A stretch of DNA of 64,000 nucleotides. Origin: an uncultured Gammaproteobacteria bacterium. GTDB taxonomy: Bacteria > Patescibacteriota > Patescibacteriia > UBA9934 > GWF2-40-263. The stretch is from assembly GCA_964399675.1 (NCBI GenBank), contig CAYNRK010000004.1:12715-76714 (forward strand), given 5' to 3'. Below are positions 28,430-37,748 of the stretch, piece by piece. The notes under the pieces were generated by a model, which ran no database searches, was not told where the DNA came from, and saw only the letters and a list, made by a program, of their open reading frames with translations. The translations under genes and the position numbers were made by a program. The first letter of the stretch is position 1. The number at the start of each line of letters is the position of its first letter.

Positions 28430-29299
28430 ATGATCACACATGTACCTGTCTTACTTCATGAAGTGATTGAGTACTTCAATCCAAAGCCGAACCAATTGTT
28501 TATTGACGGCACTGTGGGGCAGGGAGGACACGCTGAGGTTATCCTTGAGCGTATCCTTCCTCGGGGCCGTCTGCTCGGAATCGATCGTGATTCTGAAAGT
28601 CTGGGAGTCGCAAAGAAGCGACTTTTATCATCGCAGGATCGAGTTGTCTTTGTAGAGGACTCGTTTGCGAACACAAAATCCCACGCCTATGTTCATCAAT
28701 TCACTCATGTTAACGGAATCCTATTGGATCTTGGCTTTGCTTCTCATCACGTTGATGTGGCAAGCCGCGGTTTCACGTTCAAGAACAATGGCCCGTTTGA
28801 CATGCGTTATGACCGATCTCAGAAGCTCAGTGCACAGGAGATAGTTAATACTTGGTCTGAAGATGAATTGGCACGGATTTTTCGTATCTACGGTGAAGAG
28901 AAAAAGGCACGTGAGATTGCAAAAGCGATTGTGCGCGCCAGAAAAACCAAACCTCTTAAAAGTACAACCCAGCTGGCTGATTTAGTTGAGCAGGTTGTAA
29001 AACGAAGAGGGAAAATTCATCCAGCCACAAAAGTGTTTCAAGCAATCAGAATTGCTGTGAACACTGAGCTTGATGAGTTGGAGAAAGCACTTCCAGATCT
29101 CATTGAACTGCTGGAACCAAAAGGTCGAATAGCGATAATCACTTTTCATTCGCTTGAAGATCGAATGGTCAAACGCTTTTTTGCAAACAGTGATCAGTTA
29201 ACGCTGGTAAACAAAAAAGTGATTAAGCCGTCACAAAAAGAGATCAAAGCAAACCCAAGAGCACGAAGTGCAAAATTACGCATTGCAGAGAAAGTCTAA
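28430..29299 (+). CDS. rsmH: 16S rRNA m4C1402 methyltransferase
   Basis: HVPVLLHEVIEYF..FIDGTVGQGGHAE is the RsmH/MraW signature. Follows mraZ. Confidence 0.85.
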   Translation: MITHVPVLLHEVIEYFNPKPNQLFIDGTVGQGGHAEVILERILPRGRLLGIDRDSESLGVAKKRLLSSQDRVVFVEDSFANTKSHAYVHQFTHVNGILLDLGFASHHVDVASRGFTFKNNGPFDMRYDRSQKLSAQEIVNTWSEDELARIFRIYGEEKKAREIAKAIVRARKTKPLKSTTQLADLVEQVVKRRGKIHPATKVFQAIRIAVNTELDELEKALPDLIELLEPKGRIAIITFHSLEDRMVKRFFANSDQLTLVNKKVIKPSQKEIKANPRARSAKLRIAEKV

Positions 29300-29323
29300 A
29301 TCATATAGACCTCCCCACAGTCT

Positions 29324-29677
29324 ATGACTCCTCACGCACAGTCTTTTACAACACAACAAGTCAACACAAGATCTGTGCGCGATTTTTTTGCAGCAAAGGT
29401 TGGTTGGCTTAATGTTGTTACTTTGGGAGTTTTGTTTGTTCTTTGCTTGTCATATATCTTTTACGTGAACAGTGTCATTTCTCAAGGTTATAAAATGCGT
29501 GAACTTGAAACTAGAATTAACAATCTTACACTTTCAAATCAAGAGATTGAACTTGATTCAAGAAAAGCACAGTCTTTAAAAAATGTTGAGCGAAGTGTAA
29601 AAATGCTTGGTCTTGTAAAAGCTGATGGTCCGGTTTATGTAAAATCAACTGAACCAAGCTACGCACTTGCGGATTAG
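29324..29677 (+). CDS. FtsL-like cell division protein
   Basis: Small bitopic coiled-coil protein in the canonical position after rsmH. Confidence 0.5.
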   Translation: MTPHAQSFTTQQVNTRSVRDFFAAKVGWLNVVTLGVLFVLCLSYIFYVNSVISQGYKMRELETRINNLTLSNQEIELDSRKAQSLKNVERSVKMLGLVKADGPVYVKSTEPSYALAD

Positions 29678-29732
29678 TTAAAAGACGGACATAAGGGTCT
29701 GTTTTTTGTTTGTGATATAATTATTCCTGTCA

Positions 29733-29885
29733 TCTCGACCAAGGCGTTACTTACCCTTGTCATCTCGACCAAGGTGCTACTTACCCTTGTCATCTCGACC
29801 AAGGTGCTACTTACCCTTGTCATCTCGACCAAGGTGCTACTTACCCTTGTCATCTCGACCGAGCGAAGCGAGCGGAGAGATCTTG
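29733..29885. repeat. tandem array of four and a half 30-bp units (ccttgtcatctcgaccaaggtgctacttac) running into a family-A module
   Basis: Direct tandem copies with no spacers. The unit equals the gtcatctcgacc end of family A. Confidence 0.85.
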
Positions 29886-29889
29886 CATT

Positions 29890-30180
29890 ATGGAAGAAAA
29901 ATTTTACTACATTTATATACTTACCAACTCCTCCGAGGCGGTTCTATATGTTGGAGTCACGAATAATTTGATTAGAAGAATGCATGAGCATCAAAATAAA
30001 CTGATAGAAGGTTTTACGAAAAAGTATAACTGTACGAAACTTATTTACTATGAGGTCACCAACGATGTGTACGCTGCGCTAGAAAGAGAAAAACAAATAA
30101 AAAAATGGAATAGAAAAAAGAAGGAACATCTTGTTAATTTAGATAATCCCGAGTGGAAAGACTTGTCAGTCGATTTTTGA
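29890..30180 (+). CDS. GIY-YIG nuclease domain protein (small stand-alone)
   Basis: FYYIYILTN..VLYVGVTNNLIRRMHEH is GIY-YIG with the conserved R and E. The start codon abuts the repeat. Confidence 0.75.
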   Translation: MEEKFYYIYILTNSSEAVLYVGVTNNLIRRMHEHQNKLIEGFTKKYNCTKLIYYEVTNDVYAALEREKQIKKWNRKKKEHLVNLDNPEWKDLSVDF

Positions 30181-30184
30181 TAAT

Positions 30185-30535
30185 TCGAGATTTCTCGCGT
30201 AAAGCGACGTGCCACGTAAAAGCTCAAGCACTCTACGTGGTGTGGTCGCCACGCGACTTTGCGTCGGCTTCGCTCGGGATGACAAAAAAGAAATAATTGT
30301 CATCTCGACCGGAGGCCCGTCAGACGGGCCGGAGCGGAGAGATCTCGAATATGCGAGATTTCTCCGCTCGCTGTGCTCGGTCGAAATGACATAATAATAA
30401 TTGGTCGAAATGACATGTATCGGTTGTCATCCCGAGCGAAGCCGAGGGATCTCGAATATTGGAACAACACGATTCGAGATTTCTCCGCTCGCTTCGCTCG
30501 GTCGAAATGACAGAAACGGCACTGACACATAGAAT
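30185..30535. repeat. cluster of family-A modules, including the cgcgtaaagcgacgtg..cacgcgactttgcg palindrome and three gtcat..gatctcgaatat..atgac units
   Basis: Read directly from the sequence. Confidence 0.85.
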
Positions 30536-30541
30536 GTAACT

Positions 30542-31915
30542 ATGCTTAAACTCTACAACACATTAACACGCAAAAAGGAGGAGTTTCAGCCGCTTAAAAA
30601 AGGCAAGGTTGGTTTGTATGTTTGCGGGCCAACAGTTTATTGGTTTGCACATGTTGGGAACTTTCGAACCTATTTGTTTGCTGATGTTTTATGCCGCGCG
30701 CTTGAGATGAACGATTACTCGTTAACAACGGTTGTGAACATTACAGACGTTGGACATCTAACCGATGATGAAGATCAAGGTGAAGATAAAATGTTGGTTG
30801 CAATGCGTCGTGAAGGCAAAACGGCTTTTGAGATTGCTGAGTTTTATACGCAAGCATTCATGAAAGATGTTGAACAACTTAATATCAAGCCGGCTCAGGA
30901 ATTTCCAAAAGCAACTGATCATATTCAAGAACAGATCAACATGATTAAGCTTATTGAGAAAAATGGTTTTGCTTATACAACATCAGACGGTGTGTATTTT
31001 GATACAAGCAAGCTGCCAGAATACGGAGTTCTTTCAGGACAAAAAGCTGAGGACAAAAAAGCTGGCGCGCGCGTTGAGATGAAAGAGAAAAAAAATCCAA
31101 CGGATTTTGCATTGTGGAAGTTCTCACCTAAAGACCAGCAGCGAGACATGGAATGGGAATCGTCTTGGGGAAAGGGTTTCCCAGGTTGGCACATTGAATG
31201 TTCGGCAATGGCTGAAAAATATTTAGGGCCAACATTTGATATTCACACAGGCGGGGTTGATCACATTGCGGTGCATCATGAAAATGAGATTGCACAGGCT
31301 GTTGGCGCGAACCATGCTCAGCAGGCTAGGTTTTGGATGCATGGTGAGTATTTAACAGTTGATAACGGTAAGATGAGCAAGTCGCTTGGCAACTTGTATA
31401 CCATCGATGATTTGGTTGAAAAAGGAATTGATCCATTGTCATTTAGATATTTTGTTTTAGGAGCGCATTATCGAACCAAATTGAATTTTACTTGGGAGGC
31501 GCTTGAAGCTGCACAGAATGCTTTGTTTAGATTGCGAGATATTGTTCGAGATTGGGAAGCTCCAAAAGATGAATGTGATAAATGTGGAAAACGTTTTAAG
31601 GATGCAATCAATGATGATTTGAATACACCACAAGCGCTTGCGATTGTGTGGGAACTTGTTGACTCTGATAAACCATCACACACAAAAGCCCAGACACTTT
31701 TGAAGTTTGATGAGGTTCTTGGGCTTGGACTAAAGGAATACATTGCAAAACCGTTGTTGATTCCAGACGAAATAAGTGCTTTGCTTGTTGAACGAGAAAA
31801 GGTTCGTAAAGAAAAAGATTGGAAAGCATCAGATGAAATAAGAGAACAAATTAAAACAAAAGGATTTCTGGTTGAGGACACTGATCAGGGACAAAAACTT
31901 CGGGAGAAAAGATAG
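30542..31915 (+). CDS. cysS: cysteinyl-tRNA synthetase
   Basis: HIGH-type CGPTVYWFAHVGN and KMSKSLGN motifs. Confidence 0.9.
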   Translation: MLKLYNTLTRKKEEFQPLKKGKVGLYVCGPTVYWFAHVGNFRTYLFADVLCRALEMNDYSLTTVVNITDVGHLTDDEDQGEDKMLVAMRREGKTAFEIAEFYTQAFMKDVEQLNIKPAQEFPKATDHIQEQINMIKLIEKNGFAYTTSDGVYFDTSKLPEYGVLSGQKAEDKKAGARVEMKEKKNPTDFALWKFSPKDQQRDMEWESSWGKGFPGWHIECSAMAEKYLGPTFDIHTGGVDHIAVHHENEIAQAVGANHAQQARFWMHGEYLTVDNGKMSKSLGNLYTIDDLVEKGIDPLSFRYFVLGAHYRTKLNFTWEALEAAQNALFRLRDIVRDWEAPKDECDKCGKRFKDAINDDLNTPQALAIVWELVDSDKPSHTKAQTLLKFDEVLGLGLKEYIAKPLLIPDEISALLVEREKVRKEKDWKASDEIREQIKTKGFLVEDTDQGQKLREKR

Positions 31916-31982
31916 AGGACAGTAAAAACCGTGACTGTGGGAAACGTGCCCCAATAGTCGCGGTTTTATGATAAAATAAGAC

Positions 31983-32564
31983 TTGCATATGCCAACAGAT
32001 AAAAATAAACCAACACGAGAACCTGTGGAACCAACAGGTTTTTCAGAGGTTCAGGAAGAACCGGTTGAAAAAGAGTTGCCTGTAGAACAAGAACAGGCTG
32101 GTGTTGGGGTTGAGGGAGAAGAAGTGGGAGAGGTAAAAGAGGTCCGAGAGGTGGAAGAGGTAGAGGAAGTAAAAGAGGTGGAAGATGGCGAAGTGGTGGC
32201 TGATGAGTCTGTTCAAGGCACAGCGCAAGTGGTTGTTGATCCGCTTGTTGCAGAAGACGATCGATTAACCAAAGAGGTTGAGTCTATTATGGAAGAGGAT
32301 TTTACAGATATATTTCTTTCCATGCCCCCTGACAAGCAGCAGGAGTTTAAAGAGACAGGAGAAGAAACACTTTCGAAAATTAGGCAGTTACTTGAATCAA
32401 CAAAGATAAACGCAAAAAAGATTTTTCAACTGTTGCGTGATTGGATGAAAATTATTCCTGGAGTGGACAGATTTTTTCTTGAGCAGGAGGCAAAGATAAA
32501 AACAGACAAAATTTTGTTTATCAGTGAAGAGGAAAAGAAACGTTCGCTTGATGAGATTGAATAA
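31983..32564 (+). CDS. hypothetical acidic protein with (EVEEVKEV)n repeats
   Basis: Low-complexity N-terminal half and helical C-terminal half. Confidence 0.4.
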   Translation: MHMPTDKNKPTREPVEPTGFSEVQEEPVEKELPVEQEQAGVGVEGEEVGEVKEVREVEEVEEVKEVEDGEVVADESVQGTAQVVVDPLVAEDDRLTKEVESIMEEDFTDIFLSMPPDKQQEFKETGEETLSKIRQLLESTKINAKKIFQLLRDWMKIIPGVDRFFLEQEAKIKTDKILFISEEEKKRSLDEIE

Positions 32565-32595
32565 AGGAACAGTCCCATAAAATCTAATTGAATTT

Positions 32596-35139
32596 GTGTT
32601 CTATTTACTTCAATTAGGATTGCAGCCTGAACAAGAACCGATGCAAGCATTTGCAGCCGGGGATTTGGGATACATGAAATGGATCCTTATCGTAGTGATT
32701 ATTTTGGCTGTTATTGCAGGCCTTGTTTTTTTAGCCAGGTTTTTTGTGATTAGGATTGCAAGTGCACGACACGCAACGTTTGGGCGTGTTGTTTTATTGA
32801 TTACATTGCCAAAGTTTCGTCGTGAAGAAGAAAGTGAGCGTGGCCCACAAAAAGAACAGGTGCACGAAGCAATTGCCGCTGCTGAGACGGTTTTTAGTTC
32901 AATTGGAGGACTAAAGGCTGAGCGTGGATTTAATGCATGGTTTTTTGGTCGAAATGATGAGGTTTCTTTTGAAATAATTGTTCAGAAAAAGTTGATTGAG
33001 TTTAAAATTAGTGTTCCAAAACACATGCGTGTGTTTTTGGAGCAGCAACTTTCAGCGGCTTATCCGGATGCATATCTGGAAGAAGTAGAAGACTATAATT
33101 TGTTTCAACCGGATGGGACCATTCTTGGCGCCCATCTTGTGTTTAAAAGACAAAGTTCTTTTCCAATAAAAACTTATCGTAAACTTGATAAAGATCCGCT
33201 TAATGCAATAACAAACGTTTTAACACAAGTTGATGAAGAGGATGGTGCGGCTTTCCAGTTTTTGGTTCGTTCGTCTTATGCAAAATGGCGTAAGAAAGGT
33301 ATTGCAATTGCATCTCGCATGCAGCAAGGAATGAAATTGGAAGAGGCAATTAAAGGTCACAAAAAATCAAAAATGTCACTTGGTGAACTGGCCGGTACTT
33401 CAGAAGCAAAGCCGGAAAAGGATTATCGTCTTTCACCGCTTGAGGAAGAGATTATAAAAGGTCTTGAGGAAAAGGCCAGCAAAGGAGGAATGGATGTTTG
33501 TGTTCGTGTTATTGCTTCATCAAAAAATCCTGCGCGCGCACAAAGTATTTTAGCTAACATGCTTAATGCATTTGCACAATATAACATTTATCAATACGGC
33601 AATTCTTTTACAAAAGTTGTTCCAGGTTCTAAAAAGAAAATCATTCGCAAGTTTATTTATCGAATATTTTCTCCTCGTAACACTGTTGTGATGAACTCTG
33701 AAGAAGTGGCAAGCTTGTGGCATCTTCCATTGCCGTGGACTGAAACTCCAAATATCAAATGGTTGGGTGCGAGAAAGGCTGCTGCGCCAGCCTCGATTCC
33801 GGATGAAAACGAAGGATCAATTGAACTTGGATACAACACATATCGCGGTATTCATACGCCTGTTTGGATGAAAGAAAAGGATCGAACACGGCACATGTAC
33901 ATTGTGGGTAAATCCGGAACCGGTAAATCTCAATTGATCGCAAATTTGGCAATACAAGATATTATTAATGGTCATGGTGTTGCTGTTGTAGAACCTCACG
34001 GAGATTTGATAGAACAGATTCTTGGAAACATTCCGCGAGAACGTGTGGACGATGTGGTTCATTTCAACCCTTCGGATCTAGAGCGTCCAGTGGGTCTTAA
34101 TATGCTTGAGACCAAAGATGAAGCAATGAAAGATTTTGCTGTTCAGGAAATGATTTCCATTTTTTACAAACTCTTTCCGCCGGAAATGATTGGTCCAATG
34201 TTTGAGCACCACATGCGAAACGTGATGCTTACGCTAATGTCAGATCCGGAAAATCCAGGGTCTATTATTGAAATTCCACGCATGTTCTCTGACGAAGATT
34301 TCCAAAAGAAATGGCGTGCAAAGGTGAAGGATCCGGTTGTTCAATCGTATTGGGTTAATGAAGTTGACAAGACTTCAGATTTTCATAAGTCAGAAATGCT
34401 TGGTTATTTGATTTCCAAAGTTGGTCGTTTTGTAGAAAACGAGATGATGCGAAATATTATTGGTCAACAAAAGTCTGCTTTTGATTTTAGAGAAATAATG
34501 GACAATAAGAAGATTTTGCTTGTGAACTTGTCTAAGGGAAAAACAGGGGATGTTAACTCTGAGCTTTTGGGTCTTATCATTGTTTCAAAATTACAAATGG
34601 CCGCGCTTGCACGTGCTGACATGCCAGAGGAAAAACGTCACGACTTTTTCTTATACATTGACGAGTTCCAAAACTTTATCACTGATTCGATTGCAACTAT
34701 TTTATCTGAGGCACGAAAGTACCGCTTGAACCTAATTATTGCTCACCAGTACATTGGTCAGCTTGTTAAGAACGGTGACACGCAAATTAAAGAAGCTGTG
34801 TTTGGAAACGTTGGAACAAACTTTGTTGCGCGTGTTGGTCCAGAGGATGTGGAAACTCTTGGCAAAATTTACTCACCGGATTTTTCCGGATATGATCTGA
34901 TCAACTCAGATAAATTTACCTGGTATGTGAAAATGATTGTGGATAACACACAGGAGAAACCATTCACACTTAACTTTAATCAACCTCCAAACGGTGATCA
35001 TGAGTTGGCATCTGCAATTAAAGAGTTGTCCAGATTGAAATTCGGTCGTGATCAGGCTATTGTAGAGGCGGATATTTTGGAACGTACCACTCTTGTTGGA
35101 GGAACATCACAACCAACACCTCCTCCATCAACTAAATAA
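32596..35139 (+). CDS. TraD/TraG/VirD4-like (type IV coupling-protein family) P-loop ATPase
   Basis: N-terminal TM helix, Walker A GKSGTGKS, Walker B LYIDEFQNF, IIAHQ motif. Start could be 32674 (MKWIL). Confidence 0.55.
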   Translation: MFYLLQLGLQPEQEPMQAFAAGDLGYMKWILIVVIILAVIAGLVFLARFFVIRIASARHATFGRVVLLITLPKFRREEESERGPQKEQVHEAIAAAETVFSSIGGLKAERGFNAWFFGRNDEVSFEIIVQKKLIEFKISVPKHMRVFLEQQLSAAYPDAYLEEVEDYNLFQPDGTILGAHLVFKRQSSFPIKTYRKLDKDPLNAITNVLTQVDEEDGAAFQFLVRSSYAKWRKKGIAIASRMQQGMKLEEAIKGHKKSKMSLGELAGTSEAKPEKDYRLSPLEEEIIKGLEEKASKGGMDVCVRVIASSKNPARAQSILANMLNAFAQYNIYQYGNSFTKVVPGSKKKIIRKFIYRIFSPRNTVVMNSEEVASLWHLPLPWTETPNIKWLGARKAAAPASIPDENEGSIELGYNTYRGIHTPVWMKEKDRTRHMYIVGKSGTGKSQLIANLAIQDIINGHGVAVVEPHGDLIEQILGNIPRERVDDVVHFNPSDLERPVGLNMLETKDEAMKDFAVQEMISIFYKLFPPEMIGPMFEHHMRNVMLTLMSDPENPGSIIEIPRMFSDEDFQKKWRAKVKDPVVQSYWVNEVDKTSDFHKSEMLGYLISKVGRFVENEMMRNIIGQQKSAFDFREIMDNKKILLVNLSKGKTGDVNSELLGLIIVSKLQMAALARADMPEEKRHDFFLYIDEFQNFITDSIATILSEARKYRLNLIIAHQYIGQLVKNGDTQIKEAVFGNVGTNFVARVGPEDVETLGKIYSPDFSGYDLINSDKFTWYVKMIVDNTQEKPFTLNFNQPPNGDHELASAIKELSRLKFGRDQAIVEADILERTTLVGGTSQPTPPPSTK

Positions 35140-35400
35140 CCACCCAGTGCGTCATTGCGAGGAGGTCAAAGGCCGACGAAGTCGAGCTCAGCTCGACGAA
35201 GCAATCTCCGTGTAGAGTCATACTTTGTCATCTCGACTAAGCGAGCAAAGCGAGCGCACGGAGAGATCTCGCATATTCGAGATCTCTCGCGTAAAGCGAC
35301 GTGGTCGCCACGCGACTTTACGTCGGCAAGCTCGAGATGACATAATAACACGGAGATTGCTTCGGCCCGTCTGACGGGCCTCGCAAAGACGCAAGTGAAC
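35140..35400. repeat. family-A module cluster
   Basis: gcgtcattgcgagg, the acgtaaagtcgcgtggcgaccacg palindrome, and gatctcgcatattcgagatc. Confidence 0.85.
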
Positions 35401-35402
35401 AT

Positions 35403-36014
35403 ATGAATGAGTTAAACGAACAATTTGAAATTGAGGAAGAGGCAGAGGCTCATGCCAATAGAATTGAAAATGGTGATGCCAGACATCGCCTGGCTATTCA
35501 AATGCTCAAACAAACGCGAGATAGTTTGAATCATGTAATCAATTTGCTTGAAGATGGTGATACTTCGCGTGCCACAAGACACATGGTTGATCTTGTAACA
35601 AATCGTAAAGGCAGCATGGAGGAGTTTGAGTCTGAGTCTGGTGCAGCAATGATTGAAGGGGTTTTTGACGGACAGACAATGGTTGGTGCAGATGGCATTA
35701 GTTATCCAATTCCTGAGAACTATGCATCAAAATCTCAATTGGTTGAGGGTGACATGTTAAAACTATTTTTACGACCAGATGGCACACACGTTTTTAAACA
35801 AATCGGGCCGGTTGATAGACAACGTGTTGTTGGTAAGCTTGAGCATGATTCTCAAACAGCAGAGTATGTTGTCATTCACGATGACAGCATGTATAAAGTA
35901 CTTGATGCAAGCGTTAGTTATCACAAAGGAGTGCCTGGTGATGAAGTGGCAATCTTGATTCCAAAAGGAGGGAAAAGCCGTTGGGCGGCTGTTGAAAGAA
36001 TTATCAATCTATGA
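35403..36014 (+). CDS. hypothetical protein (co-oriented with and overlapping dnaX start)
   Basis: ORF only. Confidence 0.4.
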   Translation: MNELNEQFEIEEEAEAHANRIENGDARHRLAIQMLKQTRDSLNHVINLLEDGDTSRATRHMVDLVTNRKGSMEEFESESGAAMIEGVFDGQTMVGADGISYPIPENYASKSQLVEGDMLKLFLRPDGTHVFKQIGPVDRQRVVGKLEHDSQTAEYVVIHDDSMYKVLDASVSYHKGVPGDEVAILIPKGGKSRWAAVERIINL

Positions 36015-37666
36015 GCCAAACATTATATAGAAGATATCGACCGGAAAAGTTTAAGGATATTTCAGGTCAGGAACATGTTGTTAAAACCCTGCAGAATCAG
36101 CTAAAAGCTGGTTCTGTTGCTCATGCATATCTGTTTACAGGGCCACGTGGGATTGGGAAAACCACAATTGCGCGTTTGGTTGCAAAGGCTATTAATTGCG
36201 AGAAAGTAAAAGAAAGCGAGCCATGCGGAAAATGTTCGTCATGTACAGAGATTACTACTGGAAATGCGCTGGATGTTTTTGAGATTGACGCGGCATCTCA
36301 CACTGATGTTGAAAACGTTCGTGAGAACATTATTAAAAATGTTCGATTTGCACCAAACAAGTTGAATCGAAAAGTTTATATTATAGATGAGGTTCACATG
36401 CTTTCAACCTCTGCTTTTAACGCGCTGTTAAAAACACTTGAAGAACCCCCAGAGCACGCATTATTTATTCTTGCAACAACTGAGATTCATAAAGTTCCTG
36501 AGACGATTATTAGTCGTTGTCAGCGTTTTGATTTTGCAAGGATTGACAAAGCAGAGCTTGTTAAGCGAATGAAAAGGATTTTGAAAAAAGAAGGGGTGGT
36601 TGTGGCTGATGATGTGCTTGCAGAGATTGCACGACACAGCGGTGGATTTGCGCGCGATGCGGAAAGCATGCTTGGCCAAGTGCTGGCATTGGGAGAAAAG
36701 GAGATCAGTATGGATCAGGCAATGCTTGTGCTTCCGGCAACCACAGCAATTATTGTTGAACAATTTATTGATTCAATGTTTTCCAAAGGAGCAGGGGAGA
36801 CAATCAAGCTTTTGAATCAGAATCTTGAGCAGGGAGTTGACCTTAAACATTTTTTGGATGATGTTATTTCAAAGTTGCGCGACCAGCTTCTTGAAACTGT
36901 TTCAGAAGGAAAGGCTTTAGTTTCTGTTGATCAGCTTCGGTTTGCAATTGAGAAATTTTTAAAAGCCCGCAGACATATTAATGTTGATCACTTGCCACAG
37001 CTTCCGCTTGAATTGGCTATTGTGGAGATTGTAAGTGAAGGAGCCAGGGATCAGGAGCTGGCTGTCGGGAATAGCACATCTGCGTCATTGCGAGGAGCCG
37101 AGGGCGACGACGTAAAGTCGCGTGGCAACCACGTTGCTTTACGCAAAGCAGTCTCCGTGGAAAAAAAAATTGAAAAATCGGATTTTAAGAAACAGGAGGT
37201 TGATTTGGATATCCAAGAAACACAACCCCTGTCATCTCGACCGAGCGAAGCGAGCGGAGAGATCTCGCATATTCGAGATCTCCCGGCTTCGTCCAACAAC
37301 AGCGAGGCTTTGCTTGAGACAGTACAAGAGGAGACTGTGTTCGATTCCGTCCCAGTCATATCACTCGAGGAAGTCAAAGAAAAATGGCCAACCGTGTTTG
37401 AGCAAATTCAAGAGTGCAATGCATCCTTGCCGTTATTTATGGAGTCCTGTGAGATTTGTGGAGTAAAAGACGATCATGTTGAGCTTGCGTTTGAATACGA
37501 TTTGCACGTTCAGGCAGTGAACAAAGAAAAGAACCGTGTGTTAATTGAAAAGGTGTTGGAAAAGGTTTTGGGTAAGAAAGTTAAGGTGAGGGCTTTGAAA
37601 ACAGAAAAAAAGGAATCAGATTCGGTCAAAGATTTGCTTGAAGAGTTTGGTGGGAGTGTAGTGTAA
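36011..37666 (+). CDS. dnaX: DNA polymerase III subunit tau/gamma
   Basis: YRPEKF..GQEHVV..AYLFTGPRGIGKTT clamp-loader AAA+ module. Carries an in-frame family-A repeat insertion at 37075..37300. Confidence 0.9.
   Translation: MSQTLYRRYRPEKFKDISGQEHVVKTLQNQLKAGSVAHAYLFTGPRGIGKTTIARLVAKAINCEKVKESEPCGKCSSCTEITTGNALDVFEIDAASHTDVENVRENIIKNVRFAPNKLNRKVYIIDEVHMLSTSAFNALLKTLEEPPEHALFILATTEIHKVPETIISRCQRFDFARIDKAELVKRMKRILKKEGVVVADDVLAEIARHSGGFARDAESMLGQVLALGEKEISMDQAMLVLPATTAIIVEQFIDSMFSKGAGETIKLLNQNLEQGVDLKHFLDDVISKLRDQLLETVSEGKALVSVDQLRFAIEKFLKARRHINVDHLPQLPLELAIVEIVSEGARDQELAVGNSTSASLRGAEGDDVKSRGNHVALRKAVSVEKKIEKSDFKKQEVDLDIQETQPLSSRPSEASGEISHIRDLPASSNNSEALLETVQEETVFDSVPVISLEEVKEKWPTVFEQIQECNASLPLFMESCEICGVKDDHVELAFEYDLHVQAVNKEKNRVLIEKVLEKVLGKKVKVRALKTEKKESDSVKDLLEEFGGSVV
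37075..37300. repeat. family-A repeat inserted in frame inside dnaX (about 75 codons)
   Basis: gcgtcattgcgagg..acgtaaagtcgcgtggcaaccacg..gtcatctcgaccgagcgaagcgagcggagagatctcgcatattcgagatctc lies within the ORF and translates as ..SLRGAEGDDVKSRGNHVALR..SSRPSEASGEISHIRDL... Confidence 0.8.
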
Positions 37667-37748
37667 CAAATTTTTGCACGTCTTGATTAGACAGTTTAAG
37701 GTAGCTTTGTTAGTATAATCTTAACGTAATTTAGTAAATATAGAATCT

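Noticed and set aside
29733-29885. Possible CRISPR array (30-bp direct repeats)
   Set aside because: The repeats are contiguous with no intervening spacers and merge into a family-A palindromic module. This is a tandem duplication, not a repeat-spacer array. No cas genes are adjacent.
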